Assembly (NCBI GenBank): GCA_043228905.1
Contig: JBHGNT010000009.1
Span: forward strand, 5,952,001-6,016,000
DNA from: Azolla caroliniana
Taxonomy: Eukaryota > Plantae > Polypodiophyta
Direction of reading: 5' to 3'
Length of the DNA stretch: 64,000 nt
Of this stretch, positions 48,264 to 59,457 are shown in pieces; position 1 is the stretch's first letter, and every line of letters starts with the position of its first letter. The notes under the pieces were generated by a model. The model searched no databases, was not told the origin of the DNA, and saw only the letters and a list, made by a program, of their open reading frames with translations. The position numbers and the translations under genes are program-made.

Positions 48264-49102
48264 TGTCGTAGTGTAGGTTGCACACTATGTGGAAATTATA
48301 TTTTTGTCCCTCCGGATAGAGAATGGAGTGCTCGGTGGGAACCGGAAGAAAACGGCATACCGGCAAGGAGGAAAACGGCATACCGGCAAGGAGGAAAAAC
48401 GGCATACCGGCAAGGAAGAAAACGGCATACCGGCAAGGAAGAGCCGGATAAAGAGACATAAATGTAAAAAGAAAGGAAATACTCACTACTGCGCAGGGCG
48501 TGATTCGAACTCTGCACCTCCACGTTGACAAACCCCAACCTTACCATTACATTAAATTATCTTAAGTGTTTTAAATATAGATTTAATATGTATAAGACCT
48601 TTATTTATGCATACCTTTATTAAAAGGTAAATCGTGTATTTCTTTAATATATGAAAAAGAAAAAACACGAGACACTAAAAAATAACTCATGCACATCTAG
48701 CGTGCATGAGCCCTATACTTAGGAAATAAATAAATAAATAAATAAGCATCACATGCACATTTAGTGTGCATGAACATATGAGAAAAAGCATGTAGCTATG
48801 CTTAGTCTCTCCCATCACTATATAAGGATGGGGAGCACATTGTAGTTGTTGTTGATTATTTGGATTAAGTATTAATCAATACAAAAATTATTCGTGGGAT
48901 TCACGATTTATACATCTACTTCTCTCTTAACACCCTAAGTACCAATTAATATAGTATACTCGTGTGATTCACGAGTTTCTTGTCTTTCTCTTTGCTATTT
49001 ACTCATAATTAATCTCTATCTCACGAACTTCTTTCTCCTAGTCCAAGACCTCTGTGGTTCCCACCCGACTCACGCAACGATCCGGAGCCGAAAGGCACGA
49101 CA
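48264..49102 (+). mobile_element. Solo LTR related to the tRNA-Trp Gypsy lineage
   Basis: TGTCGT...ACGACA termini and TSD GCGG on both sides. The U5 motif TAGTCCAAGACCTCTGTGGTTCC resembles the other LTRs. Internal ~21-bp repeat AAACGGCATACCGGCAAGGA x4 at about 48349-48440. Confidence 0.88.
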
Positions 49103-49149
49103 GCGGTAATGTCCAGGGAATTCCAGGTAATGTCCAGCGGTAATGTCCA

Positions 49150-49855
49150 GCGTTGCACCCATTAGTATACCTCCGTATCGCCTAAGTCGATCTGAAGAGG
49201 ATGAGGTAGCTAAGCAACTTAAGGACTATTTACGAATGGGTTATATACGTTATAGTAAATCTCCATGGGGTGCACCAGTTCTCTTGGTTAAAAAGAAAGA
49301 GGGCACATGGCGTATGTGTATTAATTACCGACGCTTGAATAAAGTGACGATCAAGAATTCGTACCCATTGCCCCGGGCTGACGATCTAATTGACCGTCTC
49401 CAGGGAGCTCGGTATTTTACGAAACTTGATCTCCGTACTGGCTACCATCAAATACGAATAAGTGAGGACGATGTTCCTAAAACAGCATTTCGTACGCGCT
49501 ACGGCTATTATGAGTTTTTGGTTATGCCTTTTGGTTTGACCAATGCTCCGGCTACATTTCAACAAGAAATGAATGACATTTTCCGAGAACAACTTGGAAA
49601 ATTTGTCGTTATCTTCTTAGATGATATTTTAGTTTATAGCCGTACATTACAAGAACATGCTAGACATGTCCGCTTTGTTTTACAAATATTGCGTGACAAA
49701 CAATTTTACGCGAAGATCTCAAAATGTGAGTTCTTCAAGAAATCAATTACTTATCTTGGACATCTCATAACCGAACGAGGAGTTGAAATTGATCCTTCTC
49801 GCTTCGAGAAAATCAAGCTTTGGCCCACTCTTCGGAATATTCGAGAAGTTCGCTA
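49150..49855 (+). mobile_element. Gypsy (chromovirus-like) reverse transcriptase fragment ending at an assembly gap
   Basis: [48 protein letters not shown]. Confidence 0.88.
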
Positions 49856-49955
49856 NNNNNNNNNNNNNNNNNNNNNNNNNNNNNNNNNNNNNNNNNNNNN
49901 NNNNNNNNNNNNNNNNNNNNNNNNNNNNNNNNNNNNNNNNNNNNNNNNNNNNNNN
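49856..49955. other. Assembly gap (100 N)
   Basis: Run of N. Confidence 1.
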
Positions 49956-49969
49956 AAGCAGTGGTATCA
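49956..49969 (+). other. Residual library adapter AAGCAGTGGTATCA at the contig start
   Basis: Exact 5' part of the SMART / PacBio amplification oligo AAGCAGTGGTATCAACGCAGAGTAC(T). Confidence 0.8.
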
Positions 49970-50289
49970 CGGAGCCGGATGACGAAGACCCGGCTACGGA
50001 GCCGGATGATGAAGACCCGGCTACGGAGCCGGATGACGAAGACCCGGCTACGGAGCCGGATGATGAAGACCCGGCTACAGAGCCGGATGATGTATGTACC
50101 CGGAGAGAGATCCGGATGCGGGGACATATTTGTGAATATGTTTGCCAAGGGCCCTTGAGGCTATATTTGTAAATAGCCCGAAAGTCATATGTGTATAAAT
50201 ATGACTTAGGGCAAACAGTTTTATGTTGCTGAAAAGTTTGCTGCTCATTTTCTGTTTTTCCACTCAAGAGGAGTGAAGAGAGAGCAGCC

Positions 50290-50312
50290 CAGTGGTATCA
50301 ACGCAGAGTACT
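50290..50312 (+). other. Residual library adapter CAGTGGTATCAACGCAGAGTACT inside the Copia 5' LTR
   Basis: 23-nt exact match to the SMART/PacBio oligo. The 3' LTR has a (GA)n tract at the equivalent position. Confidence 0.92.
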
Positions 50313-50611
50313 GAGGAGGTCGTTGCCTCTGTGTATTACCGCCGTCTGTGGCGAGGACAGCGAGCTCAAGGTCGTCGCCTTGCAGCTCGCCATTGTATAC
50401 TTCTCTGTATAGTGTTGGTTTGGAGTCTTGAACTCCCGTGGTTTTTCCCGTTTAGGGTTTTCCACGTTAATCACGGTGTTATCGTGTCTTTCTCTGTGTT
50501 TCCTATTTTCTGCTGCATTGATTCGTGATTTCTAACTTGTGGCTGAACGGTGAAGGCGAATCGGAGCGTAGATTCTCAACAAAGTGGTATCAGAGCGACG
50601 CAGTGCAGAAA

Positions 50612-53600
50612 ATGGAAGGCGGCAGCAGCGGGCAGCCGGGGATGATGGTGCTGAATGCGCAGAACTACGCCGACTGGAAGATCAAGATGGAGGATCTTCT
50701 GATTGTTCGGGACCTGTACGAACCGATTGACAGGTCGGAAATACCGAAGGGGGTACTTGAGACGGAATGGAGGCTTCTGAACCGGAAAGCCGTTGCAACC
50801 ATTCGGCAATACGTAGACGTGAGCGTTCTACAACATGTGGCGAACGACACCAACGCATACGAGATGTGGCGGAAGCTGTCGGGTCTCTACGAGAGGAAGA
50901 ATGCGTTGAACCGGACCTCCCTGATGAGGAAGATAGTGAACCTCAAGTACCGCGACGGCGAGAGTATGGTGGAACACGTAAGCACGTTCATGGGATTCGT
51001 GAATCAGCTTGCGGCAATCAAGTTCCCGTTGGAGGATGCAATGCAAGCCATCATTCTGATGTGTACGTTGCCGGAAAGCTGGGAGAACTTGGTGGTGACT
51101 CTCAGCACCTCCTGCACAGAAGATAACTTGTCCTTGCAAACGGTAAAGACAAGTATTTTGAACGAAGAAGCGCGTCGGAGAGATAAAGAACCGGCCTCCG
51201 ACCCGAAGGCGCTGCTTACCGAATCGGAACGGGGAAGACAATGGAACCGGAGTCCGCAAAGACGGGAGAAGTCGGGGACCCGGTCGCAGTCAAGAGGAAG
51301 ACCCACATGCTTCCACTGTGGGAAGCCGGGGCACTTCCGGAAGAATTGTCGGCATTACCGAAAGGACAACGGAGCCGACGACACCGATTCGAAGAAGTCA
51401 CCGGAGAGAAACGGTGCATACCGTGGAGCCACGGACCGGAGAGGTCCGGATTGGCGAGGGCAGGACCGGAAAGGAACGACGGCACTCGCGGCAAGTGAAG
51501 AAGAGATAATGCTCATTACCGAAGAGAGGGAGCTGAACCTTGCCGGTGAAGAGATGACCTGGGTGGTCGATTCCGGAGCGTCGTTCCACCTGACCCCGGA
51601 GAAGAAATACTTCTCATCGTACATAGCTGGTGAGCACGGCTGTGTCCGGATGGGAAATGAAGGTACGTGCCGGATTGCCGGCATAGGAGACGTGTGGCTG
51701 ATGACATCAACCGGATGTAAAATGCTGCTGAAGGATGTCCGACACGTTCCGGAGGTTCGATTGAACCTGATTTCGGCCGGGAGGCTAGACGATGAAGGCT
51801 ACACAGGTAGCATCCGGAACGGCGTAATGAAGTTCAGCAAGGGGAGCTTGATAGTGGCTCGGGCCCGGAAGGTCAACACGCTGTACCTGATGAATTCCCG
51901 GCTATGTCCGGAGGAGTTGAATGTGGCAGCCGACACTGCCGGTGAGCTGTGGCACAAGAGGCTGTGCCACATGAGTGAGAAGGGGATGAAGAGGCTTGCA
52001 GAAGACAACCTCATTCCAGTGAAGCATGTGCGTCTGGAGAAGTGCACCGATTGCCTGGCCGGTAAGCAGAACCGAGCCTCCTTCCACTCAAGGCCACCGA
52101 CGAGACGTAGTGCACCATTGGAGCTGGTGCATACTGACGTGTGTCAAGTAGAAACGAAGTCACATGGCGGAGCCCAGTACTTCGTAACATTCATAGATGA
52201 TCACAGCCGGAAGCTGTGGACGGCACCGTTGAAGACAAAGGACCAAGTATTGTCCGTCTTCAAAGAACTCCACGCGAGAGTGGAAAGGGAATCCGGCAAG
52301 AAGCTGAAAGCGGTACGAGCGGATAACGGAGGGGAATACCGGGGGCAGTTCGAGGAGTACTGTCGCTCGAAGGGAATCCGGCTCGAGTTTACTGTGCCGA
52401 AGACGCAGGAACTGAACGGGCTGGCCGAGAGGATGAACCGGACTATAATGGAGAGGGTCCGGAGTATGCTGGCGCATGCGAAATTACCCAAGGGGTTTTG
52501 GGCTGAGGCGATGTCGACGGCGACATACGTGATAAACAGATCACCCTCAGTACCTTTGGATGGAGACACGCCGCAGAAAGTGTGGACCGGTAAGGAAGTG
52601 TCCTACCGGCACCTGAAGGTGTTCGGGTGTCTCGCATACGTGCATGTGGCAAAGGACCGGAGAGGAAAGCTAGATCCAAAGACCCGGCCATGCATATTCC
52701 TCGGTTACGGCAACGACGAGTTCGGCTACCGAGTATGGGACCCGGTCGACAAGAAGATATTCAGGAGTCGAGATATCATCTTCATGGAGGACAAGACACT
52801 CGCCGACTGGGAGTCGGAGAAGAAGATGAAGAGCTCCAAGTCGACCGGTGAGGATCAACTCTACAAGGAGCAGTCCCGACCGGCAAGAGACCGGTTAGCA
52901 CTCGAGGATCCGGCCGAAGACGGTGAAGAAACAGAACCGGCCGAAGAAGATGAAAATGATACCGGAACCGGCCCCGATCCCGAAATGGATTCGGATGAAG
53001 AAGAATCGGAAGAACCGGTTACCGAAGCTCCGGAACGGAGATATCCTCTAAGAGAGAGAAGGGCCCCCCGGAGATTTCCGGAACCAGAGCACGTGTTGCT
53101 AACCGACGAGGGGGAGCCGGAGAGCTTTGAAGAAGCGAAGCATGACACCCAGAGCCGCAGGTGGTTGAGTGCCATGCAGGACGAGATGGATTCCCTGCAT
53201 GAGAACCACACATATGAACTTGTGGAGTTGCCGAAAGGAAAGCGGGCACTTCGAAACAAGTGGGTGTTCAAGCTGAAACCGGGAGATGCCGGAAACCCCC
53301 CGAGATACAAAGCCAGGATCGTGGTGAAGGGGTTCCAGCAGAAGAAGGGCGTCGACTTCGACGAGATATTTGCCCCGGTAGTGAAGATGACCTCCATCCG
53401 GACGGTGCTGAGCATAGCGGCAAGCATGGACCTCGAGGTAGAACAGATGGACGTGAAGACGGCATTCCTTCACGGTGACCTCGAAGAAGAGATATACATG
53501 CAGCAACCGGAAGGATTCGAGAAGGAAGAGAAGGAGCACTTGGTATGCCGGTTGAAGAAGAGCCTTTATGGTTTGAAGCAGGCTCCCCGGCAGTGGTACC

Positions 53601-54685
53601 GAAAGTTTGACTCCTTCATGACCGATGAAGGGTACCACAAAACGCAGTCCGACCACTGCGTGTTTGTGAAGAAGTTCGACGGAGGAGACTCTCTAATACT
53701 CCTCCTGTACGTGGACGACATGTTGATCGTCGGACGGGACCAGGTCAAGATACGGATGCTGAAGAAGGCTCTTCACCGAACCTTCTCAATGAAGGACTTG
53801 GGTCCGGCGAGACAAATACTAGGGATGCACATCATCCGGGACCGGAAGAAGAAGCAGTTGTGGCTGTCACAGGAGAAGTACGTGACAAAGGTGCTTCAAC
53901 GGTTCAACATGTCGGAAGCAAGACCGGTCGGATCAACCCTCCCGACAAACTGCAAGTTATCCGGCAAGCAAAGTCCCAAGACAAAGGCTGAGAAGGAGGA
54001 CATGATGAAGGTACCATATGCCTCTGCCGTCGGAAGCTTGATGTACGCAATGGTGTGTACAAGACCGGACATAGGATATGCAGTCGGAGTGGTGAGCCGG
54101 TACATGAGCAATCCCGGAAAAGAGCACTGGAACGCGGTCAAGTGGATACTCCGATACCTGAAGGGCACGGCAAACGTGTGCCTCCGATTCGGCTCCGGTA
54201 AGCCCGAACTCGACGGCTTCACTGATTCGGATATGTCGGCTGACGCAGATACCAGCCGGTCCACATCAGGGTATGTGATGACGTATGCAGGGGGAGCTGT
54301 TTCGTGGCAGTCGAGGCTGCAGAAGACGGTTGCGTTGTCAACCACGGAGGCGGAGTACATGGCGGCTGTTGAAGCCGGCAAGGAAATAATATGGATGAAG
54401 GACTTCATTAGAGAGCTCGGTATCCGGCAGGAGGAGTACCGACTCTACTGCGATAGTCAGAGTGCCATCCACCTTGCGAAGAACGCGGCCTCTCACTCCC
54501 GGACGAAGCATATCCAGCGAAGATATCACTGGATCCGGGAAAGGATAGAAGACCAGGAGTTCGTGCTGACGAAGATCCACACGGACGAAAACGGCTCAGA
54601 TATGCTGACCAAAGTGCTCACACCCAACAAGCTGGAAGCATGCCGGAAGAGGATCGGATTGGAGAGACATCCCATGCCGAAGTGA
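50612..54685 (+). CDS. Copia Gag-PR-INT-RT-RH polyprotein (Tnt1-like), 1357 aa
   Basis: CFHCGKPGHFRKNC, WVVDSGASFH, LWHKRLCH...CTDC, LVHTDV, RADNGGEY, QMDVKTAFLHG, LLYVDDML, YCDSQSAIHL. Confidence 0.95.
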   Translation: MEGGSSGQPGMMVLNAQNYADWKIKMEDLLIVRDLYEPIDRSEIPKGVLETEWRLLNRKAVATIRQYVDVSVLQHVANDTNAYEMWRKLSGLYERKNALNRTSLMRKIVNLKYRDGESMVEHVSTFMGFVNQLAAIKFPLEDAMQAIILMCTLPESWENLVVTLSTSCTEDNLSLQTVKTSILNEEARRRDKEPASDPKALLTESERGRQWNRSPQRREKSGTRSQSRGRPTCFHCGKPGHFRKNCRHYRKDNGADDTDSKKSPERNGAYRGATDRRGPDWRGQDRKGTTALAASEEEIMLITEERELNLAGEEMTWVVDSGASFHLTPEKKYFSSYIAGEHGCVRMGNEGTCRIAGIGDVWLMTSTGCKMLLKDVRHVPEVRLNLISAGRLDDEGYTGSIRNGVMKFSKGSLIVARARKVNTLYLMNSRLCPEELNVAADTAGELWHKRLCHMSEKGMKRLAEDNLIPVKHVRLEKCTDCLAGKQNRASFHSRPPTRRSAPLELVHTDVCQVETKSHGGAQYFVTFIDDHSRKLWTAPLKTKDQVLSVFKELHARVERESGKKLKAVRADNGGEYRGQFEEYCRSKGIRLEFTVPKTQELNGLAERMNRTIMERVRSMLAHAKLPKGFWAEAMSTATYVINRSPSVPLDGDTPQKVWTGKEVSYRHLKVFGCLAYVHVAKDRRGKLDPKTRPCIFLGYGNDEFGYRVWDPVDKKIFRSRDIIFMEDKTLADWESEKKMKSSKSTGEDQLYKEQSRPARDRLALEDPAEDGEETEPAEEDENDTGTGPDPEMDSDEEESEEPVTEAPERRYPLRERRAPRRFPEPEHVLLTDEGEPESFEEAKHDTQSRRWLSAMQDEMDSLHENHTYELVELPKGKRALRNKWVFKLKPGDAGNPPRYKARIVVKGFQQKKGVDFDEIFAPVVKMTSIRTVLSIAASMDLEVEQMDVKTAFLHGDLEEEIYMQQPEGFEKEEKEHLVCRLKKSLYGLKQAPRQWYRKFDSFMTDEGYHKTQSDHCVFVKKFDGGDSLILLLYVDDMLIVGRDQVKIRMLKKALHRTFSMKDLGPARQILGMHIIRDRKKKQLWLSQEKYVTKVLQRFNMSEARPVGSTLPTNCKLSGKQSPKTKAEKEDMMKVPYASAVGSLMYAMVCTRPDIGYAVGVVSRYMSNPGKEHWNAVKWILRYLKGTANVCLRFGSGKPELDGFTDSDMSADADTSRSTSGYVMTYAGGAVSWQSRLQKTVALSTTEAEYMAAVEAGKEIIWMKDFIRELGIRQEEYRLYCDSQSAIHLAKNAASHSRTKHIQRRYHWIRERIEDQEFVLTKIHTDENGSDMLTKVLTPNKLEACRKRIGLERHPMPK

Positions 54686-55398
54686 AGGGGGAGTTTGTTG
54701 GGATTTACGGTCCCTCCGGATGGGATGTCCGGAGATGAATGACGGCAAGCCCGGTTGCGGTTACGGAACCGGAGGATGAAGAGTACCCGGCATGAAGCCG
54801 GATGAAGAGTACCCGGCTACGGAGCCGGATGATGTAGACCCCGGCTACGGAGCCGGATGATGAAGACCCGGCTACAGAGCCGGATGATGTAGGTACCCGG
54901 AGAGAGATCCGGATGCGGGGACATATTTGTGAATATGTTTGCCAAGGGCCCTTGTGGCTATATTTGTAAATAGCCTGAAAGTCATATGTGTATAAATATG
55001 ACTTAGGGCAAACAGTTTTATGTTGCTGAAAAGTTTGCTGCTCATTTTCTGTTTTTTCCACTCAAGAGGAGTGAAGTGAGAGCAGCCGAGAGAGAGAGAG
55101 AGAGAGAGAGAGAAACGAGGAGGTCGTTGCCTCTGTGTATTACCGCCGTCTGTGGCGAGGACAGCGAGCTCAAGGTCGTCGCCTTGCAGCTCGCCATTGT
55201 ATACTTCTCTGTATAGTGTTGGTTTGGAGTCTTGAACTCCCGTGGTTTTTCCCGTTTAGGGTTTTCCACGTTAATCACGGTGTTATCGTGTCTTTCTCTG
55301 TGTTTCCTATTTTCTGCTGCATTGATTCGTGATTTCTAACTTGTGGCTGAACGGTGAAGGCGAATCGGAGCGTAGATTCTCAACATGTAATCCCAACA

Positions 55399-56386
55399 AA
55401 CTCTCCCTCACTATGGCGTACAATCCAGAGGCGAACAGGAAGGTAGAGCGTGGGCACGAGCCGATCCTAAAGGCGTTGGTGCGTGCATGCGGAGGAAAGG
55501 TCGGGAATTGGCCGCGACTCCTTCCTTACGCACTATGGGCGGACCAAACTACGCACAATTCGGTGATAGGGTTTATGCCGGTAGAGCTGATGTACGGACA
55601 TAAGCCGATCATGCCGGTGGAACAGACTATTTCTTCATGGGCGGCGGTAGATTGGAAGGATGAGATGAGCCGGGAGGAGTTGCTGGCGGTGCGGATTCGG
55701 CAACTCGAGCGGAGGCCAGAGGACATAAAAGAGGCGAAGGAAAAGCTGCGGGACGCAAGAGAGCGGAACAAGACCCGGTTCAACCGGACACACCGGTTGC
55801 AACCAAAGAAGATTGAGGAAGGCGACTGGGTCTTGGTGTACGACAGCAGCCTTGACAATCAGCACAAGGCGGTGCGAAAGTTTGCTAGGAGGTGGTGCGG
55901 GCCCTACACGGTGACGAGCGCGAACGACAACGGCACGTACCACCTCGCGGAACTCGATGGGACATGGTTAGCGGTGCTGGTGGTCGGGAAGCGGATCAAA
56001 GCGTTGGCGAGGACGAACTGCTGCTGCAGAACCGAGTGCCGACCTCTCTCTCCTCCAATCGTCGTTCTCTGCGGGTGTCGGGAGCTCGCTACCTCTGCTT
56101 CGTGGACAGCCCGTGTACTTCTAGAAGAGTCTCTCTCCTTCCCCTTTTCCCCTTTTGTTTCTTCGAGTCGTGTGGCTGTCGTCGGTGTGTGTGAGTAGGA
56201 CCCCGTGTCGGGTCCATTACCGGGTTGCTGGTTGTAAGCTATTGACTATAGTAATCGGATTCCTGTTTTTCTTGCTCTTAATCTCTCTGTGTGTACTTGC
56301 ATCTCTCTCTCTCTTTGTCTCTCTCCTTGGTTGGAGACCCCCGTGGTCCCGCCTCTTCCTACACGCGAACGCGAAACTTCGCGACA
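55399..56386 (+). mobile_element. Truncated Gypsy integrase C-terminus plus partial 3' LTR, same lineage as 40748-47852
   Basis: KLSLTMAYNPEANRKVERGH...NDNGTYHLAELDG. The LTR end reads GACCCCCGTGGTCCC...CGCGACA. Confidence 0.85.
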
Positions 56387-56730
56387 ATGTCTTGGTCTAT
56401 ATGTTAGACCTTTAACCATTATACTAACATATATGATGTATAGTTATGATAAATGTATTATTAGTTATTACAAGATATTTAGCGTATTCTAGAACATTCT
56501 AGAGTATTCCAGAACATTCTAGGATATTCCATTATTATATTAAATATCATAAATATTTAAAATATTTTAGAACATTCTAGAATATTCCATAAGGACCTAT
56601 AAATAGGTGTCTATTCATTCATCACAACTCATTTGGTTCAACACCAGTTTATAGCCCCTTAGCCTATTCTTTGTAATCCTTGCTCTCTTATAATATAAAC
56701 TCTCTTTCCATTTCTAGTGTTCTTTCTCTC

Positions 56731-56780
<50 letters not shown>

Positions 56781-56835
56781 CCCGTCTACCTTCTATTGTC
56801 ATCTTATTTGTCTCTCTCCTATTCTCATGTCACGA
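56387..56835 (+). repeat. Partial LTR similar to 15237-15665
   Basis: Shared TTCTAGAACATTCTAGA repeats, TATA box, GGTTCAAC and CT-rich tail. Confidence 0.6.
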
Positions 56836-56855
56836 TAGGATAGTTTTCTTGCATT

Positions 56856-57660
56856 CTACCATATTAGATTCGCTTTTATTTTGTCCACTAGTAGAATGTA
56901 GTGTTCAGCTCGATCGATGTCCATACCAATTTTGAAGCTCAAGTATCTAGTAGCTTCTCCTCTCCTCAACCATCTAAAATTGGGGTCAGGGGCCCAATTT
57001 AACTCGGGCTTCTTACTGATCCAAATGCCCACTGATTTATTCCAATTTTTTTTAGCATTTGATCCCCTACAAAACTCATCAATTGCATTTTGCAATCTGC
57101 CCAAGTTGTGTGCATCACCCTTGACATAGGTCGTTGTGTCATCAGCATATGCCGTATCAAGCACCATACCTTCATCATCAGGCAAGGTAAGGCCTTGTAT
57201 TTGCCAAGATCTATCAACAATTTGATAATGTAAAGCTTCTACTGCAATGATGTATAGGTACGGGGCCAATGGGCATCCTTGGCATACTGAATGTAGCATT
57301 TTAAAGCTCTTCGCCATACTTCCAGCCATTAAAACTTGGCTGAATGCACCTCTATAAAAGGCACCCATTCCAAGGATCCATTGTTGTTCAAAGTCTAGGG
57401 CTACCATCACTACTTCTAGGAAATCCCATGAAATCATGTCATATGCTTTTTCGAAGTCGAGTAGCATTACTGCTAGCTCCATTTCTTGCTCCTCCGCCCA
57501 TGCTGAGTATTCCCAGAATGTTATCACATTGTCAACAATGCTCTGATTTTCCAGGAGCCAGTTTGCGTTGTATGTATAATGTCCCCAAGTACCGGTTTCA
57601 ATCTCTTACTTACAATTTTGGCCATTATCTTATACACATTGGTGAGAATCGTCAATGGTC
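56856..57660 (-). mobile_element. LINE (L1/Tx1-like) reverse transcriptase fragment
   Basis: LLDFEKAYD, QGCPLAPYLY, AYADDTT, NWNKS. Confidence 0.88.
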
Positions 57661-57669
57661 GCCAATTAT

Positions 57670-58400
57670 CAAGCATTGTTTCTGGTCGGTTCTATCTTTC
57701 TTGACTCTGCTGTCGTTGCCGCTTGTTCCGACTTCATCAGATGTGCCGACTTCTTCAGTCGCTCGGCTTCCTTTTTCTTCTTGTCTCCCCCTGTTTTCCC
57801 GGTTTCCATTCCAGTTCTCCCTGTATCAATCTCGATTCTCCCCCTCAAGTGCGGCATGTCGAGATGTTGAAGACCAAGTATCTCCGAAAAATGTTGCAAC
57901 TTGTCGGTCCCAAGGGCCTTCGTGAAGATGTCGTCAACCTACCGATTTGTCTGGACATACTGGAGTTTTGCTTCCCCATAGAGGACCCGCTCGTGCACAA
58001 CGTGATAATGCACTTCTACGTGCTTCATCCGAGCATGGAACACAGGGTTCTTGGCTAGTTGCATGCTGCTCATATTGTCATAGTAGATCGGGATCGGAGT
58101 TGGTACTTCGATCTAGAGGTCTTCTAGAAGCCACTGAAGCCAAATGGCTTCATAGGTGGCAATGGTAGCTCCTCGATATTCAGCCTTAGTGCTCAATAGA
58201 GACACAATTGGCTATTTTCTACTACTCCACGCAACAGTCATGCTACCCAGAGAAAACATGAATCCGAAAGTGGACCATCGACCTGACACATCTCCGTCCT
58301 AGTCGGCATCTGTATAATTGACCAACTTTGCGGTTATACCGTGTCGGTATAACAGTCCTCGGTCCTTAGCGTCGGTGACATACCTCAGTATTCGGTGCAC
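57670..58400 (-). mobile_element. Degenerate Copia RT-end/RNase H fragment
   Basis: Reverse complement of YTDAD, KNPVFHARMKHVEVHYH and LQHLDMPHLR; homologous to 61810-62530 on the + strand. Confidence 0.8.
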
Positions 58401-58939
58401 CGTTGTTCGTCCGACAATCGACTTTGTCGCTTACACATAGCGAAGTTTGAACGTTTCGTACTGAACGTTCTATCAAGAATTTTGGTTATGCGAATAGGTA
58501 CTAAGTTACTATAATCTTATCGATGTTACATAGACATCGAGATCGTTACTTCCGCAATACAATTGTAGCAGAGGGAAAATAGATAAAACAGAAAATAAAC
58601 AGCTACACCCCGAAATTTCCTACAACTAAACTTATATTACTAAAAGTAAACAATAGATTTTACAATGCCTTCGGTTCCCTTTTAGAATGACTTCCTCATC
58701 AAGAAATACATATTGCCCTATTGGGAAGAACTACAAAACTTCGTAACTAACTATAACTATTATTTAACCAAAATGATGACTCATCGATCCTCTTCCTCGA
58801 TCCGACTTCGACTCCGAACCACTGACTCCGACGCTTCTGACTCCGACGCTTCCCCACTATGTCTGTCCATCTTTTTGATCGGGTAACACTTGGGGTTGTA
58901 CCATAGGTTTAACGTGGAGAAAGGACGACAACTTGGAAG

Positions 58940-59457
58940 TCACTTATTCCTCTTGTCAAAGTTCAAAAAGGCGATTGTCACAACTGACTGCTTGCTTGAT
59001 GGCTTGCGATAATGAAGTCGTCTCCGGGAAGTTTAGTACCACTTCGAAGGCCCCGACGAAAATGGTCGCAAAGGGCTTGGTCGTCCCACTGAACATCACA
59101 TGCCATTTGTCTAAACTCAGATGCATAAACAAACATGGGACGCTGACCTTGATGTAATGAATAGAGTTTGGTAAGGCTTGTTCGATGCCAATCCGTATCC
59201 CCAAATGTCGCCTCGAACTCTTCTAGGAAAATAGAAAAATTGTCGAGAAGTGGCGATGATGTTTCGACCAAAGGTGTGAACCAGCTTTGTGCAGCTCCCG
59301 AGAGGAGAGTCCCAACGAGGCCAACTCGACAAAAATCCTCCATATATATTTGGAGTTGTAGTTAGATAATAAGCTTGATCTGATTTATGAACCCCCGGAA
59401 TCACGCCCTTGTGCCATCGAACTTGTCGGGTAAACTTACATTGGGTTCTATAGTTGA
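58940..59457 (-). mobile_element. Degenerate Tcn1-like Gypsy gag fragment
   Basis: LVGTLLSGAAQSWF...FLEEFEATFGD...YASEFRQMA...FRRGL (retrotrans_gag type). Confidence 0.75.

Larger units (their letters stand above)
38800..49112 (+). mobile_element. Degenerate non-chromoviral Gypsy pol (RT-RH-INT), interrupted by two younger insertions
   Basis: VPKKNGKIQVCVDY, FLDGFSGYNQI, VFLDDF, LARWTLLLQEF and PFQKWGLDFVGP. The integrase continues across 40748-47852 (PLAKR/TRNRYIIVATDYCTKWVE) and across 48264-49102 (GLEA/VM). The left boundary is approximate. Confidence 0.85.
49970..55385 (+). mobile_element. Ty1/Copia LTR retrotransposon with an intact polyprotein; 5' LTR truncated by the gap
   Basis: 5' LTR ends at 50581. 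PBS TGGTATCAGAGC (tRNA-Met-i) at 50585-50596. PPT GAAGGGGGAG. 3' LTR at 54696-55385 with 27-bp tandem repeats. Confidence 0.95.

Noticed and set aside
50525-50611. N-terminal extension of the Copia ORF
   Set aside because: Starts at a GTG inside the LTR and crosses the PBS; the ATG at 50612 is the likely start.
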